DNA of 64,000 bases from Lachnospiraceae bacterium (GCA_016284175.1 JAEEOJ010000039.1:63041-127040), one strand, 5' to 3'. Counted from the stretch's first letter, positions 1 through 10,422 are shown. Made by a program: numbers and translations. The notes: generated by a model from the sequence alone, not told the origin.

Positions 1-1
1 T

Positions 2-541
2 AAAAGCTCTCCTTTCAGATACTTTTTGTTTGCAAACGGGGTTGAGTGGGATTCGTGTGTGCATTATTTCAGCTTTCTGCTGAAGATTACGGTTATTTTA
101 TATATCCTGCTGTTTATTCTGGGGACACGTAATAAACTTTTGGCAATATCAATAATTTATCTGATTTTATCCGCAGCATATATAAAGGGTAATTATGATT
201 ACTTTATTTTCAGAACAAATTCGATTCTTTATCCGAAGGTTTCAGAGAGTAAGGAATTTGTAAAATCTGTTTTGGAAGAATCGTCTGACCGGGAATATAA
301 CATTTATTATAGTGGAACTGATTTTTACTGTATGCTGTTAAGAATGGAATTCCCCTATGAAGATATGAATTATATCGAAGACATGGATGAAATAGACTTC
401 TCGCATAATTATATTCTTTTAACCGACAACGCATATATTTCATCAAACGAAAAATTGTATAAATTAGATTATGATGATGAAGAATATCTTCTTACAAATA
501 TGAGTGATATTATAGAAAGTAGAGTTTTTTATGAATATTGA
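2..541 (+). CDS. C-terminal part of a membrane protein (5'-truncated by window edge), possibly GT-C-like
   Basis: Frame is open from base 2 (KSSPFRYFLFANG...). Two hydrophobic segments are followed by a soluble acidic tail. The stop overlaps the start of the next gene. Confidence 0.6.
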   Translation, partial: KSSPFRYFLFANGVEWDSCVHYFSFLLKITVILYILLFILGTRNKLLAISIIYLILSAAYIKGNYDYFIFRTNSILYPKVSESKEFVKSVLEESSDREYNIYYSGTDFYCMLLRMEFPYEDMNYIEDMDEIDFSHNYILLTDNAYISSNEKLYKLDYDDEEYLLTNMSDIIESRVFYEY

Positions 542-1958
542 TCATTTTTTGGAAGTTGAAAGAAAAAATAAATTAAACAGTTGTGAGATAAACGGAATTC
601 ATTACTGGACATATAACAGATTTAAATTCTGGAACTACAATATCTGTTCCGAAAATATGCATTTCGAAGAGGCTCACGACAAGGAAAAACTGTCGTTTAA
701 AACAATGCTGGGGCTGATTTATTATTTACTGTTTATTAAAAAAACGGTGCACGAAAAACCTGTTCTTGTAATCAGCCATAACCGTCGATTTTTTAACGGA
801 ACCGCTTATGAATGCGTATACACAGATGATATAATTAAAGACAAATATGATGCGATTTTTTTTGAAGCACCGTATCAGTTTAAGCATTTAAAACCAACGG
901 TTTCAAAAGAAATATTTTATACAGACGGAATTATAATCAAATCCATTCTGTATGTTAAATCTTTTAAGATATTTCATAAAAAAGAGTATTCCAAACTGGT
1001 CAATACCATTAAAGAACAGTTGTCAGATTCGATAGAAGAACTGAAAAGCGTATATAACTGGTCGGCTACGCCGGATTCTGTATCCAAAAACTGTGCGGAT
1101 ACCGTAGTTCGCTGTGAATACGAGAAAAAAAAGTATTCGAAATTAATCGGCAAAATTAAACCGAAGGTTATACTCGAGGTTGTTCATTACGGACGTGCAT
1201 GCATGCTCATCAATGAAATTGCCAAAGAAATGGGCATTACCACGGTTGAACTGCAGCATGGTACCATGTATAAAGAACATGCGGCATATCAGTATTCGAA
1301 AGGTGAAAAGATAAAGCAGCTTCCGGATAAACTCTTTGCTTTTTCGGAATTTTGGAAAAAATGCATTTCACTTCCAATCGGTGATGAGAATATTGTAGTT
1401 ACCGGGTTTCCGAATTTTGAAAAGAAACTTCTCAAATACTCCGACAGTGTCAGAAAAGACAAGAGAAAAACAGTTATTTTTATTTCACAGGGAACCGTCG
1501 GTAAATTCTTAAGCGAACTGGCAGCTAAGACGTCAGCTTTGTTGGATCCGAATGAATACAGATTGATTTACAAACTACACCCGGCGGAATATTCTACGTG
1601 GAGGGAAGACCTTCCTCTGCTTGCCGATTCGGGGATGGAAGTTATTGATAAAAGAAATATTGATTTGTACGAACTCTTTGCCCAGTCGGATATTCAGATA
1701 GGTGCATATTCAACGGCACTGTTTGAAGGAATGGGCTTTGGTGTTCAGACATATATTTACAATATCGGACATTATGATATTATGCTTCCCCTGATAGAAC
1801 AGGGTTATGCAGAACTGGTGACTTCGCCTGAAGAATGTGCTGAAAAGATTAAGAATTCGAATTCGGAAAGCATTGACGGAAGTATGTTCTGGAAAAGAAA
1901 CGCATTGGAAAATATTAGAAAAGAACTTGATTCTATAATTAATAAATCAGAGGGATAA
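531..1958 (+). CDS. GT-B-fold polysaccharide biosynthesis protein, candidate CMP-nonulosonate transferase
   Basis: Motifs VELQHG, VTGFP, IFISQG, IYKLHPAE and YSTALFEG resemble capsule/sialyltransferase/TagF-like GT-B proteins. It lies directly upstream of the neuA/neuB-like genes. Confidence 0.6.
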   Translation: MNIDHFLEVERKNKLNSCEINGIHYWTYNRFKFWNYNICSENMHFEEAHDKEKLSFKTMLGLIYYLLFIKKTVHEKPVLVISHNRRFFNGTAYECVYTDDIIKDKYDAIFFEAPYQFKHLKPTVSKEIFYTDGIIIKSILYVKSFKIFHKKEYSKLVNTIKEQLSDSIEELKSVYNWSATPDSVSKNCADTVVRCEYEKKKYSKLIGKIKPKVILEVVHYGRACMLINEIAKEMGITTVELQHGTMYKEHAAYQYSKGEKIKQLPDKLFAFSEFWKKCISLPIGDENIVVTGFPNFEKKLLKYSDSVRKDKRKTVIFISQGTVGKFLSELAAKTSALLDPNEYRLIYKLHPAEYSTWREDLPLLADSGMEVIDKRNIDLYELFAQSDIQIGAYSTALFEGMGFGVQTYIYNIGHYDIMLPLIEQGYAELVTSPEECAEKIKNSNSESIDGSMFWKRNALENIRKELDSIINKSEG

Positions 1959-1961
1959 AAG

Positions 1962-3590
1962 ATGAAGATTTTAGTGGTTATACCGGCCAGAGGCGGTTCA
2001 AAAGGAATTCCCAGAAAAAACATCAGGTTTATGGCAGGCAAACCTTTGATTTCCTATGCCATCGGCTGTGCTAAAAACAGTTCATATGATATGGATATCA
2101 TCGTATCGAGCGATGATGAGGAAATAAAGTATGTAGCCTCAAGATACGGATCGGAAATTCTTGACAGACCTGATTCCCTTGCGGGCGACAGCGTAACTCT
2201 GGATCCTGTTATTTTTCATGCGGCAAATAAGATGGAGGAGATTAAGGGTTATAAATATGACCTGGTTATTACCATGCAGCCCACATCTCCCAAACTTTCT
2301 TCAGATACATTAAACAAAGCAATCGATTATCTGCTTCAGAATAATTATGACACTGTTATAAGCGGTGTAAACGATCCTCGTCTTTCATGGAGAATAGAAG
2401 ACGGCAGATGCATACCCAATTATGAGAAACGTCTTAACAGACAGTATCTTCCCAAAGACTTAAAGGAGACAGGTGCTTTTGTTATTACAAGACGTGAATT
2501 TGTAAAAGAGAACGGCAGATTCGGGGCCAATGTATCTTTGTATGAAGTTCCCGAAAGCGAGTCCGGAGACATTGATACCGTTCAGGACTGGTGTGTCGCT
2601 GAAATGGAATTAAACAAGAAAACAATTCTTTTAAGAGTTGACGGATACCCTCAGATAGGCATGGGACATGTTTACAGAGGCCTTCAGATTGCTTATGGTC
2701 TGATGGAGCACAAGATTTACTTTGTATTAAGTGAAAAATCGGAAATCGGCATTGCAAAGATTCAAAGCAGTCACTATCCCTATGAAGTAATAAAAGATGA
2801 CGATGAAATACTCGGTCTGATTGACAAATATAAGGCTGATATTGTAATTAATGATATTTTAAATACATCTGAGGAATATGTTCAGAAATTAAAGGATAAA
2901 GGCGTAAGAGTAGTTAATTTCGAAGATCTGGGCACGGGCGCAGTGACAGCCGATGCAACCGTTAATGCCCTTTATGACGGGGAGAATACCGATAAATTAT
3001 TCTTTGGTTCGGATTATTATTTAATCAGAGATGAGTTTGTTATTGCCAAACCTAAGGAGTTCGCCGAAAAACCCGAAGAAATACTGGTACTGTTCGGCGG
3101 AACCGATCCCAGAAATCTCACACAAAAGACCATAAAAGCTCTTATGGCGGTTGACGGAATCGAAAATATTCACATAACCGTGATTCTCGGTATGGGATAT
3201 GAGAAGAAAGACGAAATAGTAAGTCTTACCAAAGATTGTGAAAATATTACAATCGTTCAGGATGTCAAAATGATGTCCGAATACATGTCCAAAGCAGACA
3301 TAGCAATAGCTTCACAGGGAAGAACAATGCTTGAACTTGCTGCAATGGGCGTTCCGACAATTTTAATGTCGCAGAACAGCAGAGAAGCCACTCACGAGTT
3401 CGGCGGTATCAAGAACGGATACTTAAATCTCGGTGCCGGCAATGAGGTAGATGAGGTTACCATCGGAAAAACGATTGACTGGCTTATTAACTGCCCTTCA
3501 ATTCGAAAGAATATGAGAGAGCAGATGCTCACAAGAGATTTAAGACACGGACTTACACGCGTTAAGAAAATTATTTTGGGGAGAGAATAA
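1962..3590 (+). CDS. Acylneuraminate cytidylyltransferase fused to a PseG/SpsG-like NDP-sugar hydrolase
   Basis: N-terminal IPARGGSKGIPRKN, QPTSP and DIDT are NeuA motifs. C-terminal RVDGYPQIGMGHVYR, FGGTDP and GRTMLEL match PseG/SpsG GT-B. Confidence 0.88.
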   Translation: MKILVVIPARGGSKGIPRKNIRFMAGKPLISYAIGCAKNSSYDMDIIVSSDDEEIKYVASRYGSEILDRPDSLAGDSVTLDPVIFHAANKMEEIKGYKYDLVITMQPTSPKLSSDTLNKAIDYLLQNNYDTVISGVNDPRLSWRIEDGRCIPNYEKRLNRQYLPKDLKETGAFVITRREFVKENGRFGANVSLYEVPESESGDIDTVQDWCVAEMELNKKTILLRVDGYPQIGMGHVYRGLQIAYGLMEHKIYFVLSEKSEIGIAKIQSSHYPYEVIKDDDEILGLIDKYKADIVINDILNTSEEYVQKLKDKGVRVVNFEDLGTGAVTADATVNALYDGENTDKLFFGSDYYLIRDEFVIAKPKEFAEKPEEILVLFGGTDPRNLTQKTIKALMAVDGIENIHITVILGMGYEKKDEIVSLTKDCENITIVQDVKMMSEYMSKADIAIASQGRTMLELAAMGVPTILMSQNSREATHEFGGIKNGYLNLGAGNEVDEVTIGKTIDWLINCPSIRKNMREQMLTRDLRHGLTRVKKIILGRE

Positions 3591-3593
3591 AAT

Positions 3594-4664
3594 ATGATCC
3601 ACACTATCGAAAACAGAATTAAAGAAGGTAAATTTGTTCTTATAGCAGAAGTAGGCGTAAATTATTACGATATTGCCACCAAAGAAGGCATTACACCTAT
3701 GGAAGCTGCAAAACTGATGATAGACAAGGCAAAAGAGGCCGGTATTCATGCGGTTAAATTTCAGACTTATAAAGCTGAAACTCTGGCAGCCAAGGATTCA
3801 CCATCATACTGGGATACATCTGAAGAGAGCGAAACATCGCAGTATTCCCTGTTTAAGAAATTTGATTCTTTTGGTGAAAAGGAATACAAAGAACTTTCAG
3901 AATACAGTGAAAGCATAGGAATAGAATTTCTTTCCACAGCATTTGACAATGAATCGGCGGATTATCTTTATGATCTGATGAATGTTTACAAGATTTCTTC
4001 ATCGGACCTCAATAATGTTGCTTTTGTTGAATATCAGGCCAAGAAGAATAAGCCCATTCTTTTATCCGTAGGTGCTTCAAACAAGGATGAGATAGACAAT
4101 ACCATCAGCATTATCAGAAAATACAATGACAAGCCCATTACGCTGCTTCACTGTGTGCTTGAGTATCCTACACCCTATGAGCATGCGAATTTAAACAAGA
4201 TTGCCACTCTTAAAAAAGAATATCCCGATATTGTTATCGGTTATTCCGATCATACCAAGCCCGATGCCGATTATGCCGTTCTTCAGACCGCATACAATCT
4301 CGGTGCACAGGTAATTGAAAAGCATTATACACTGGACAAGACCTTGAGCGGAAACGATCACTATCATGCAATGGATGAAAAGGACGCAAAGGCCATCATT
4401 GAGAAAATCGATTATATCGATATGATCAGAGGTTCCTATGAATTAAAGTGTCTTGACAGTGAAACAACCGCCAGAGCAAATGCGAGAAGATCGCTTGTTG
4501 CCGCTTGTGATATAAAAGCAGGCGAAACAATTACAAAAGAAATGCTTACCTACAAGAGACCGGGTACGGGAATAAGTGCCACGGATTATGATATAATTGT
4601 GGGCAAAACAGCTGCCTGTGATATTACAGAAGACACAATCCTTAAATGGGAAATGATTAAATAG
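3594..4664 (+). CDS. neuB: N-acetylneuraminate (nonulosonate) synthase family protein with C-terminal SAF domain
   Basis: Motifs IAEVGVN, AVKFQTY, KISSSD, LLHCVLEYPT, GYSDHT, IEKHYT, RRSLVA and KRPGTGI. Confidence 0.92.
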   Translation: MIHTIENRIKEGKFVLIAEVGVNYYDIATKEGITPMEAAKLMIDKAKEAGIHAVKFQTYKAETLAAKDSPSYWDTSEESETSQYSLFKKFDSFGEKEYKELSEYSESIGIEFLSTAFDNESADYLYDLMNVYKISSSDLNNVAFVEYQAKKNKPILLSVGASNKDEIDNTISIIRKYNDKPITLLHCVLEYPTPYEHANLNKIATLKKEYPDIVIGYSDHTKPDADYAVLQTAYNLGAQVIEKHYTLDKTLSGNDHYHAMDEKDAKAIIEKIDYIDMIRGSYELKCLDSETTARANARRSLVAACDIKAGETITKEMLTYKRPGTGISATDYDIIVGKTAACDITEDTILKWEMIK

Positions 4665-4675
4665 AGGAATCAGAC

Positions 4676-5701
4676 GTGAAAATTGCTTTATTAAGCGGTG
4701 CTTTTAAAAATGCCGGTGATTTTTTAATTGAAAAACGATGCAGAGAACTACTTCAGTACTGTTATCCCGAAGCCGAGATATCTCTTCTTATGAGAAACGA
4801 GAAATACGACAGCAGAATTGATGAAATTAATTCGTATGATCTTGTTGTTTTTGGCGGAGGACCCGGATTTCGTAAAAACTATTATCCCGGAAAGGTTCCG
4901 TTTGTAAGTAATCTGGACGAAGTAAAGGTTCCCTGCTGTATTCTCGGATGGGGCTGGAAAGCGGATAATATAAGCCATCCGGTAGTATATAAAAATAATT
5001 ATTTTGATTCACGCATGAAAGAATTTCTGGAGTTTATTAACAGGAACCATGCAATAAGCTGCAGAGATATTTACACTCAGAGAATGCTGTTAAACCAGGG
5101 GCTTGAAGGAATAATGATGACCGGATGCCCAGCGTGGTATGATACAAAAAGAGTAGCAGATTTGAAATATAAAGGATGCGATGCCGTAAAAGAAAAGAAT
5201 CCGTATATTATTATTTCGGATGCCGCATATAAGAAAAATCTGAAATATACTCAGAGGCTCATTGTTTTAATGAGACAATTGTATCCGGAAGCAAGGATAA
5301 AAGTGCTTTTTCACAGAGGAATTAACTCTGAAAATACGTTTCTTACGGAAAAAATTTTTACGGAAAAATATAATTTTGAATACGAAGATATTTCCGGTTC
5401 TGCCGACGGTTTTTCACAATACGATGAATGCGATTTGCACGTAGGCTTCAGAGTCCATGCTCACATTTATAATTTAAGCCATGGAAAAACTACAATTCTG
5501 CTTAATGAAGATGCCAGAGGCTTTGGTGTAAATGATGCCCTGGGCCTTCCAAACATAGTTTTGGATAAATACATGGAAAAAGAGGTGGAGAATATTATCA
5601 ATCTGGTTAAATACACAGACGGAAACTGCTATCAGAATGCTGTTTCGAACATAAAAGTGTATTTTAATCGAATGGAACTATTTTTGAAAGGTTTGCTGTA
5701 A
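4676..5701 (+). CDS. Polysaccharide pyruvyl transferase family protein
   Basis: Motifs NAGDFLI, FGGGPG, ISCRD, GCPAW and GFRVHAHI. GTG start with GAGG RBS. Confidence 0.8.
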   Translation: MKIALLSGAFKNAGDFLIEKRCRELLQYCYPEAEISLLMRNEKYDSRIDEINSYDLVVFGGGPGFRKNYYPGKVPFVSNLDEVKVPCCILGWGWKADNISHPVVYKNNYFDSRMKEFLEFINRNHAISCRDIYTQRMLLNQGLEGIMMTGCPAWYDTKRVADLKYKGCDAVKEKNPYIIISDAAYKKNLKYTQRLIVLMRQLYPEARIKVLFHRGINSENTFLTEKIFTEKYNFEYEDISGSADGFSQYDECDLHVGFRVHAHIYNLSHGKTTILLNEDARGFGVNDALGLPNIVLDKYMEKEVENIINLVKYTDGNCYQNAVSNIKVYFNRMELFLKGLL

Positions 5702-6336
5702 TGTTTCAGTCAATTAAAAATCATTTTTTTAATGACAATAAAATATCAAAAAAGGCCATGATTTCACGCGGTGTTTCCGTTACTAATTCCAATATTGACG
5801 AATATGTCAATATTGCTCATAATGCCGAAATTCAGAAATCACATATTGAGCGCAGAACCAGTATCGGCAGATACACAAAAGTAAGGGGAGCAGAAATAGG
5901 TGCATATTGTGCTGTTTCATGGGATGTTACTATCGGAGCGGATCATCATCCAACTAACAGGATTTCCGGAAGCGCAGCATTTTTTCAGAAAAGATTCGGC
6001 CTTGTGGAGCAAAACCTTTCCAAAGGCGAAGTACCCGTTACAAAGATAGGAAATGACGTTCTTATCGGATGTAATTCTGTAATTAAAGCAGGCGTAAAAG
6101 TCGGAAACGGAGCTATCATCGGGTCCGGAGCGGTAGTTTTATCAGATGTTGAGCCATATGAAATAGTGGGCGGAGTTCCGGCAAAACACATAGGCTGGAG
6201 ATTTGATGAAGAAGTCAGAAACAGGCTTAACGAATCCGAATGGTGGAACTGGAGTGATGATAAAATCAAGCAGAATATCAGTTTGTTCCACGAAGAAAAT
6301 ATTAACAATGTAATTGAGGAATTAAGCAAAAAGTAA
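5701..6336 (+). CDS. Hexapeptide-repeat (CatB/Vat-like) O-acetyltransferase
   Basis: IGNDVLIG...VKVGNGAIIGSGAVV..DVEPYEIVGGVPAK and WWNW. Coupled to both neighbours (TAATG). Confidence 0.88.
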   Translation: MFQSIKNHFFNDNKISKKAMISRGVSVTNSNIDEYVNIAHNAEIQKSHIERRTSIGRYTKVRGAEIGAYCAVSWDVTIGADHHPTNRISGSAAFFQKRFGLVEQNLSKGEVPVTKIGNDVLIGCNSVIKAGVKVGNGAIIGSGAVVLSDVEPYEIVGGVPAKHIGWRFDEEVRNRLNESEWWNWSDDKIKQNISLFHEENINNVIEELSKK

Positions 6337-7790
6337 TGAGTGATAATAGCGGTAAAGCGTTGAAATCAGGAGTGTGGTACACTTTTGGCAATTTCTTGAC
6401 TAAAGGAATTGTTTTTTTAACGTCTCCGATTTTTAACAGATTAATGACTAAAGCGGATATTGGTGATTTCTCGAATTTTAATTCGTGGTTACCGATTTTG
6501 CTGGTCATTTTTTCTTTTGATTTATATACATCTGTTGCGGTTGCTCGTTTTGATTATAAAGATAATCTTGATGATTATATTGCATCAAACCTGTTGCTTG
6601 GGACTATGTTAAGTGCAGTATTCTCAGGCATTTTATATTTTTTCAGACATTTCTTTATGAACCTTCTCGGAATAAACGAGATTGAAATTTGGATTATCAT
6701 CGCATACTGTCTGGTTTATCCGGCTACTCAGATGATTCAGGTAAAACACAGGATTACTTATAAATATAAGTTTGTTGTTTTCATTTCGCTGGTTTCTTCG
6801 GCACTCCCTACGTTAATTTCGTTGTTATGCGTCTTTATTCTGAGGCCGTATTCGAAAGCTCTTGAAGGAAGACTTTTAGGCTTTTATACACCTATAGTAA
6901 TAATCAACCTGATTATATATATTTATCTTCTTTCCGGAAAGAAAAAAATCAAAACAGAATACTGGAAATATGCGCTTATGATTTCGGCACCGCTGGTTAT
7001 ACACGTTCTTTCAAATAACCTGCTGAATTCCTGTGATAAGATCATGATAAAAAAAATCTGCGGAAGTACCGATCTGGGTATGTATTCGGTAGCCTATTCC
7101 TGCGGATTTGTTGTTAGTATTTTGTGGGCATCGATTAATACAGCATGGTCACCCTGGGCATTTGAGCAGATGGATGAGCAAAAGTATCATCTTTTAAGAA
7201 AAGGATCAAAGTATATTCTGGTAGGATTTGGAATACTGGTTGCTCTGATTATGCTTTTAGGGCCCGAAGTACTCTGGCTGATGGGTGATTCTCCTTACAA
7301 GGAAGCCCGCGGAGTAATTCCTCCCGTAATGGCAGGCTATGCTGTACAGGCAATTTATACTTTTTATGTGAATATTGAAACATTTTCAAAAAAACAGAAA
7401 AACATCGCATTATCTACACTTATAGCCGCAATAATAAATGTTGTTTTAAACTGGATTTTCATCAGAAAATTCGGATATATCGCTGCAGCCTATACAACGT
7501 TGATAGGGTACCTGACGCTGTTCGTGATGCATTTTGCGGTAGTTAAATTTATGAAGAAAAGCAAATGGTATGATACGTTCTTTAACGTATCGTTTATTAT
7601 GTTCTTTATTCTTTATATGTTTGTCTGTCTGATTCTGTACAGATACAGTATCATACGAATAGCGATGATTTCGGTTTTATGTTTAACAATTCTGGTGTTA
7701 ATTATTAAAGAACGCAAGATGATTTTAAGTATTGTTAAGACAAAATCAGTTGCCCCGATTAAAGAAAGACTTAACTCTTTGATTAAATAA
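6336..7790 (+). CDS. wzx: Wzx-type oligosaccharide flippase
   Basis: About 12-14 hydrophobic segments, DKIMI...GMYSVAY and NVVLNWIFI..FGYIAAAYTT. Confidence 0.88.
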   Translation: MSDNSGKALKSGVWYTFGNFLTKGIVFLTSPIFNRLMTKADIGDFSNFNSWLPILLVIFSFDLYTSVAVARFDYKDNLDDYIASNLLLGTMLSAVFSGILYFFRHFFMNLLGINEIEIWIIIAYCLVYPATQMIQVKHRITYKYKFVVFISLVSSALPTLISLLCVFILRPYSKALEGRLLGFYTPIVIINLIIYIYLLSGKKKIKTEYWKYALMISAPLVIHVLSNNLLNSCDKIMIKKICGSTDLGMYSVAYSCGFVVSILWASINTAWSPWAFEQMDEQKYHLLRKGSKYILVGFGILVALIMLLGPEVLWLMGDSPYKEARGVIPPVMAGYAVQAIYTFYVNIETFSKKQKNIALSTLIAAIINVVLNWIFIRKFGYIAAAYTTLIGYLTLFVMHFAVVKFMKKSKWYDTFFNVSFIMFFILYMFVCLILYRYSIIRIAMISVLCLTILVLIIKERKMILSIVKTKSVAPIKERLNSLIK

Positions 7791-7884
7791 AAAAGATGGA
7801 ATGATTTGCGGAATTAACAACATTTTGGAATATATCTACCGGGATAAGCCTGGCTTGAAAAAAGAGCGTTTATAGTGTAATATT

Positions 7885-10392
7885 ATGCTAATAAACGAGT
7901 TATGGAATGGATTGATGTTTGTACTATCTTTATTATTGCTGAATGTATTAATGCTTTTCTTTACATTCAGCACTTTTTCAGATAAAAAAAGATTATTTGT
8001 TCTTTTGGCCGAATCGATCTCGGTCTTTTTGTGTTTGTTTTCGCTTACATCTGCGTTTCTCTGGATTTTCGAAGCTTTCACGGTAGAATTCTGCCTGCTT
8101 GTTGTAACAGTATTTGTTACTGTAGTTTTTATAATCAATTACTTTAAAAACGATAAAAAAGGTAAGGATTTCTTTGCGCTCGGTGAAATTAAAGTTGATA
8201 AAAGCAATATAATTAACAGAAGCATCATAATCATAGCTACACTTTTGTCTTTAGGTTCCTATGCTACGGTTGGTATAGGATATAATGACGGAAATGCCCA
8301 GATTCAGGCCATTTCAATATTGAACGGTCAGAATTCGTTAAAATTTGAAGTGGATGAATATGAGAATATTGCCCCCGGCAGCCAGTACGAGTTTTATTTC
8401 TTCGATGCAATAAATAATATTGATTCTGAAAACTTTACGGCAAATTACAGCATTAATAAGGTTGATACCGAAGAAGAAGATATAAAAGAATACAGAATGA
8501 CCGGTGAATATGGTAGCAATCCTGTTTATCCGTCGATTCTTGCTTTGTCAGCATGCATATTTGGAATCAAGAGAATGGCATTTATTCAGGCGATTTTTGC
8601 ATTTTGCCTGTTTGTATTTGTAGATGAATTGTTGAGAAAACTGAAATGTGACTGGAAGTTAAGATCGGTTATGGTCCTGCTGCTCGGTGTTTCTCCGATA
8701 ATAATATATTGCAATCGTACAACTCTGGTTGAGCCGTTAATCGGATTCTGTATGATTATGTTTATGTATTTTCTGCTGTGCAAAAAAAAGAAACTTCAGG
8801 TTCTTTCTGCACTCGGAGTTGTTACATTTGCATTTCTCCATTCGAACTTTTATACGATGCTTCCGCTTTTCCTGATTCTTTACTGGATGTACTTTATCCA
8901 CACCGGAAAGATCAGACATCTTGTTTCAAGCGGAATCGTTATAACCGGTTATATTTTAAGCTTTGGGTTCCTGAATATTACCGCTTATGAGAATACTTCG
9001 ATTAATTACAAACTTGGCCTTTCGTTTCTGGGGAATAATTATTATATTTTCGTAATAGCAGCCGCTGCGATAACGGTATTGTTTGGCATTATTTTTGCAA
9101 TCTTTGTTAAAAAGATTGATTCACAAAAATTAGTAGAGTTTAAAAGAAATAAAGGACGCAAAATCTTTAAAATTCTTATGGCTGCAATATCAGCTACGCC
9201 GATACCGATTATGGCTTATATTATTTTTGCTGAATGCAATACATTTGGAGATTTCCTGAATATTACATTTGTTGCATTTTTAGTCTGCTCGGGTGTTCTG
9301 TTAGTTCCTTATATTCTTTTCAGACTTATAAGTGCCAGATATCGTATGGGTATTAAAGAAACTTCGGTTGTTCTGGCATTCGTTTATACCGTTATTTTGT
9401 ATTCCTGTGTTATGAAGGTTTTACTTGACGGATATTACTATGAGTCCAGATATATTTCATCCTTCATACCTTTTATAGTTTTAGCAGCCGGAATGATGCT
9501 TAAACTTTTGAAAAAGGAAGAGAAATATTTCATACCGATTATCGGAATTATTATTATGCTGATTCCTCATTCCACTTCCCTTATGAAGTCGGATGCGGAA
9601 ACAAGATTTAATGCAGATGTTTTTGAGGATGTAATAAACATTGTGCAGGACAGAACAGATGACGAATCGGTAATTGTGATAGAAAAAAGTTTATTGCGTT
9701 ATTATTACTATCCGTTAATACAGATGACCGATGCAGATATTTATCCGATTGATGCAGATTATTTTGATACATTTTGCAGAGATATAAATGATTACGATTC
9801 GAAGTTTATTTATATAACCGATGACAGCGGAACCGGGTACCTTGGTAAAGGAAGAGTCAGATATTTAAACAATAACATACAGAAAATCACATCTCCCGAG
9901 AATACTTCAATGATTTTAGGTCTGCCCAATAAATTCGTGGAATATGATGTCGGAAAGGTTCAGGTACTGGAAGTAAGTTCATTAGGCAAAATGTTAAATT
10001 ACGAATTGTATGATGATCTGGAAAAAGAAGATATTAATCTGAATGTAAAAGATATAAATATCGAAAACGGTATGGCAACCATAACAGTTTCGGTTACAGA
10101 CGGAAGTAAGATTTATCATAACGAGAGATATTTGCTTTCATATCACCTCGAATATGAAAATGAAGATGACTTATACGATTTGCCGAGAAGCGAAATCGGA
10201 CCGTTAATCTATAAAGATTTTGAAATAAAGATTAATTTATCGGAACAGCCCGAAGATGTTACTGTAGTAATTGATATAGTTGAAGAGGGGGTTGAATGGT
10301 ACTCATGGGAGAACAGAGTTCCGGTTATATTATTTACAGAAAATGAAGGGGAATGGGATTATAAGACTTATAATTTCTATACCAGATTATAA
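7885..10392 (+). CDS. Large polytopic membrane protein, GT-C-like, with extracytoplasmic C-terminal Ig-like domain
   Basis: Many TM segments, a D-containing loop after an early TM (GYNDG), TLVEP and YESRY. The C-terminus carries LSYH...D.PR...IDIVEEGVEWYS. The start codon is uncertain. Confidence 0.6.
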   Translation: MLINELWNGLMFVLSLLLLNVLMLFFTFSTFSDKKRLFVLLAESISVFLCLFSLTSAFLWIFEAFTVEFCLLVVTVFVTVVFIINYFKNDKKGKDFFALGEIKVDKSNIINRSIIIIATLLSLGSYATVGIGYNDGNAQIQAISILNGQNSLKFEVDEYENIAPGSQYEFYFFDAINNIDSENFTANYSINKVDTEEEDIKEYRMTGEYGSNPVYPSILALSACIFGIKRMAFIQAIFAFCLFVFVDELLRKLKCDWKLRSVMVLLLGVSPIIIYCNRTTLVEPLIGFCMIMFMYFLLCKKKKLQVLSALGVVTFAFLHSNFYTMLPLFLILYWMYFIHTGKIRHLVSSGIVITGYILSFGFLNITAYENTSINYKLGLSFLGNNYYIFVIAAAAITVLFGIIFAIFVKKIDSQKLVEFKRNKGRKIFKILMAAISATPIPIMAYIIFAECNTFGDFLNITFVAFLVCSGVLLVPYILFRLISARYRMGIKETSVVLAFVYTVILYSCVMKVLLDGYYYESRYISSFIPFIVLAAGMMLKLLKKEEKYFIPIIGIIIMLIPHSTSLMKSDAETRFNADVFEDVINIVQDRTDDESVIVIEKSLLRYYYYPLIQMTDADIYPIDADYFDTFCRDINDYDSKFIYITDDSGTGYLGKGRVRYLNNNIQKITSPENTSMILGLPNKFVEYDVGKVQVLEVSSLGKMLNYELYDDLEKEDINLNVKDINIENGMATITVSVTDGSKIYHNERYLLSYHLEYENEDDLYDLPRSEIGPLIYKDFEIKINLSEQPEDVTVVIDIVEEGVEWYSWENRVPVILFTENEGEWDYKTYNFYTRL

Positions 10393-10422
10393 TAATCGAT
10401 CATATATTTCGGAGGATAAGAG

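Noticed and set aside
5701-6336. CatB/Vat antibiotic acetyltransferase
   Set aside because: It is translationally coupled between a pyruvyltransferase and a flippase, so polysaccharide O-acetylation is the simpler reading.
8782-8789. Poly-A phase-variation tract in the 835-aa gene (and similar A7-A8 runs)
   Set aside because: Such runs are expected in AT-rich DNA and the frames are intact.
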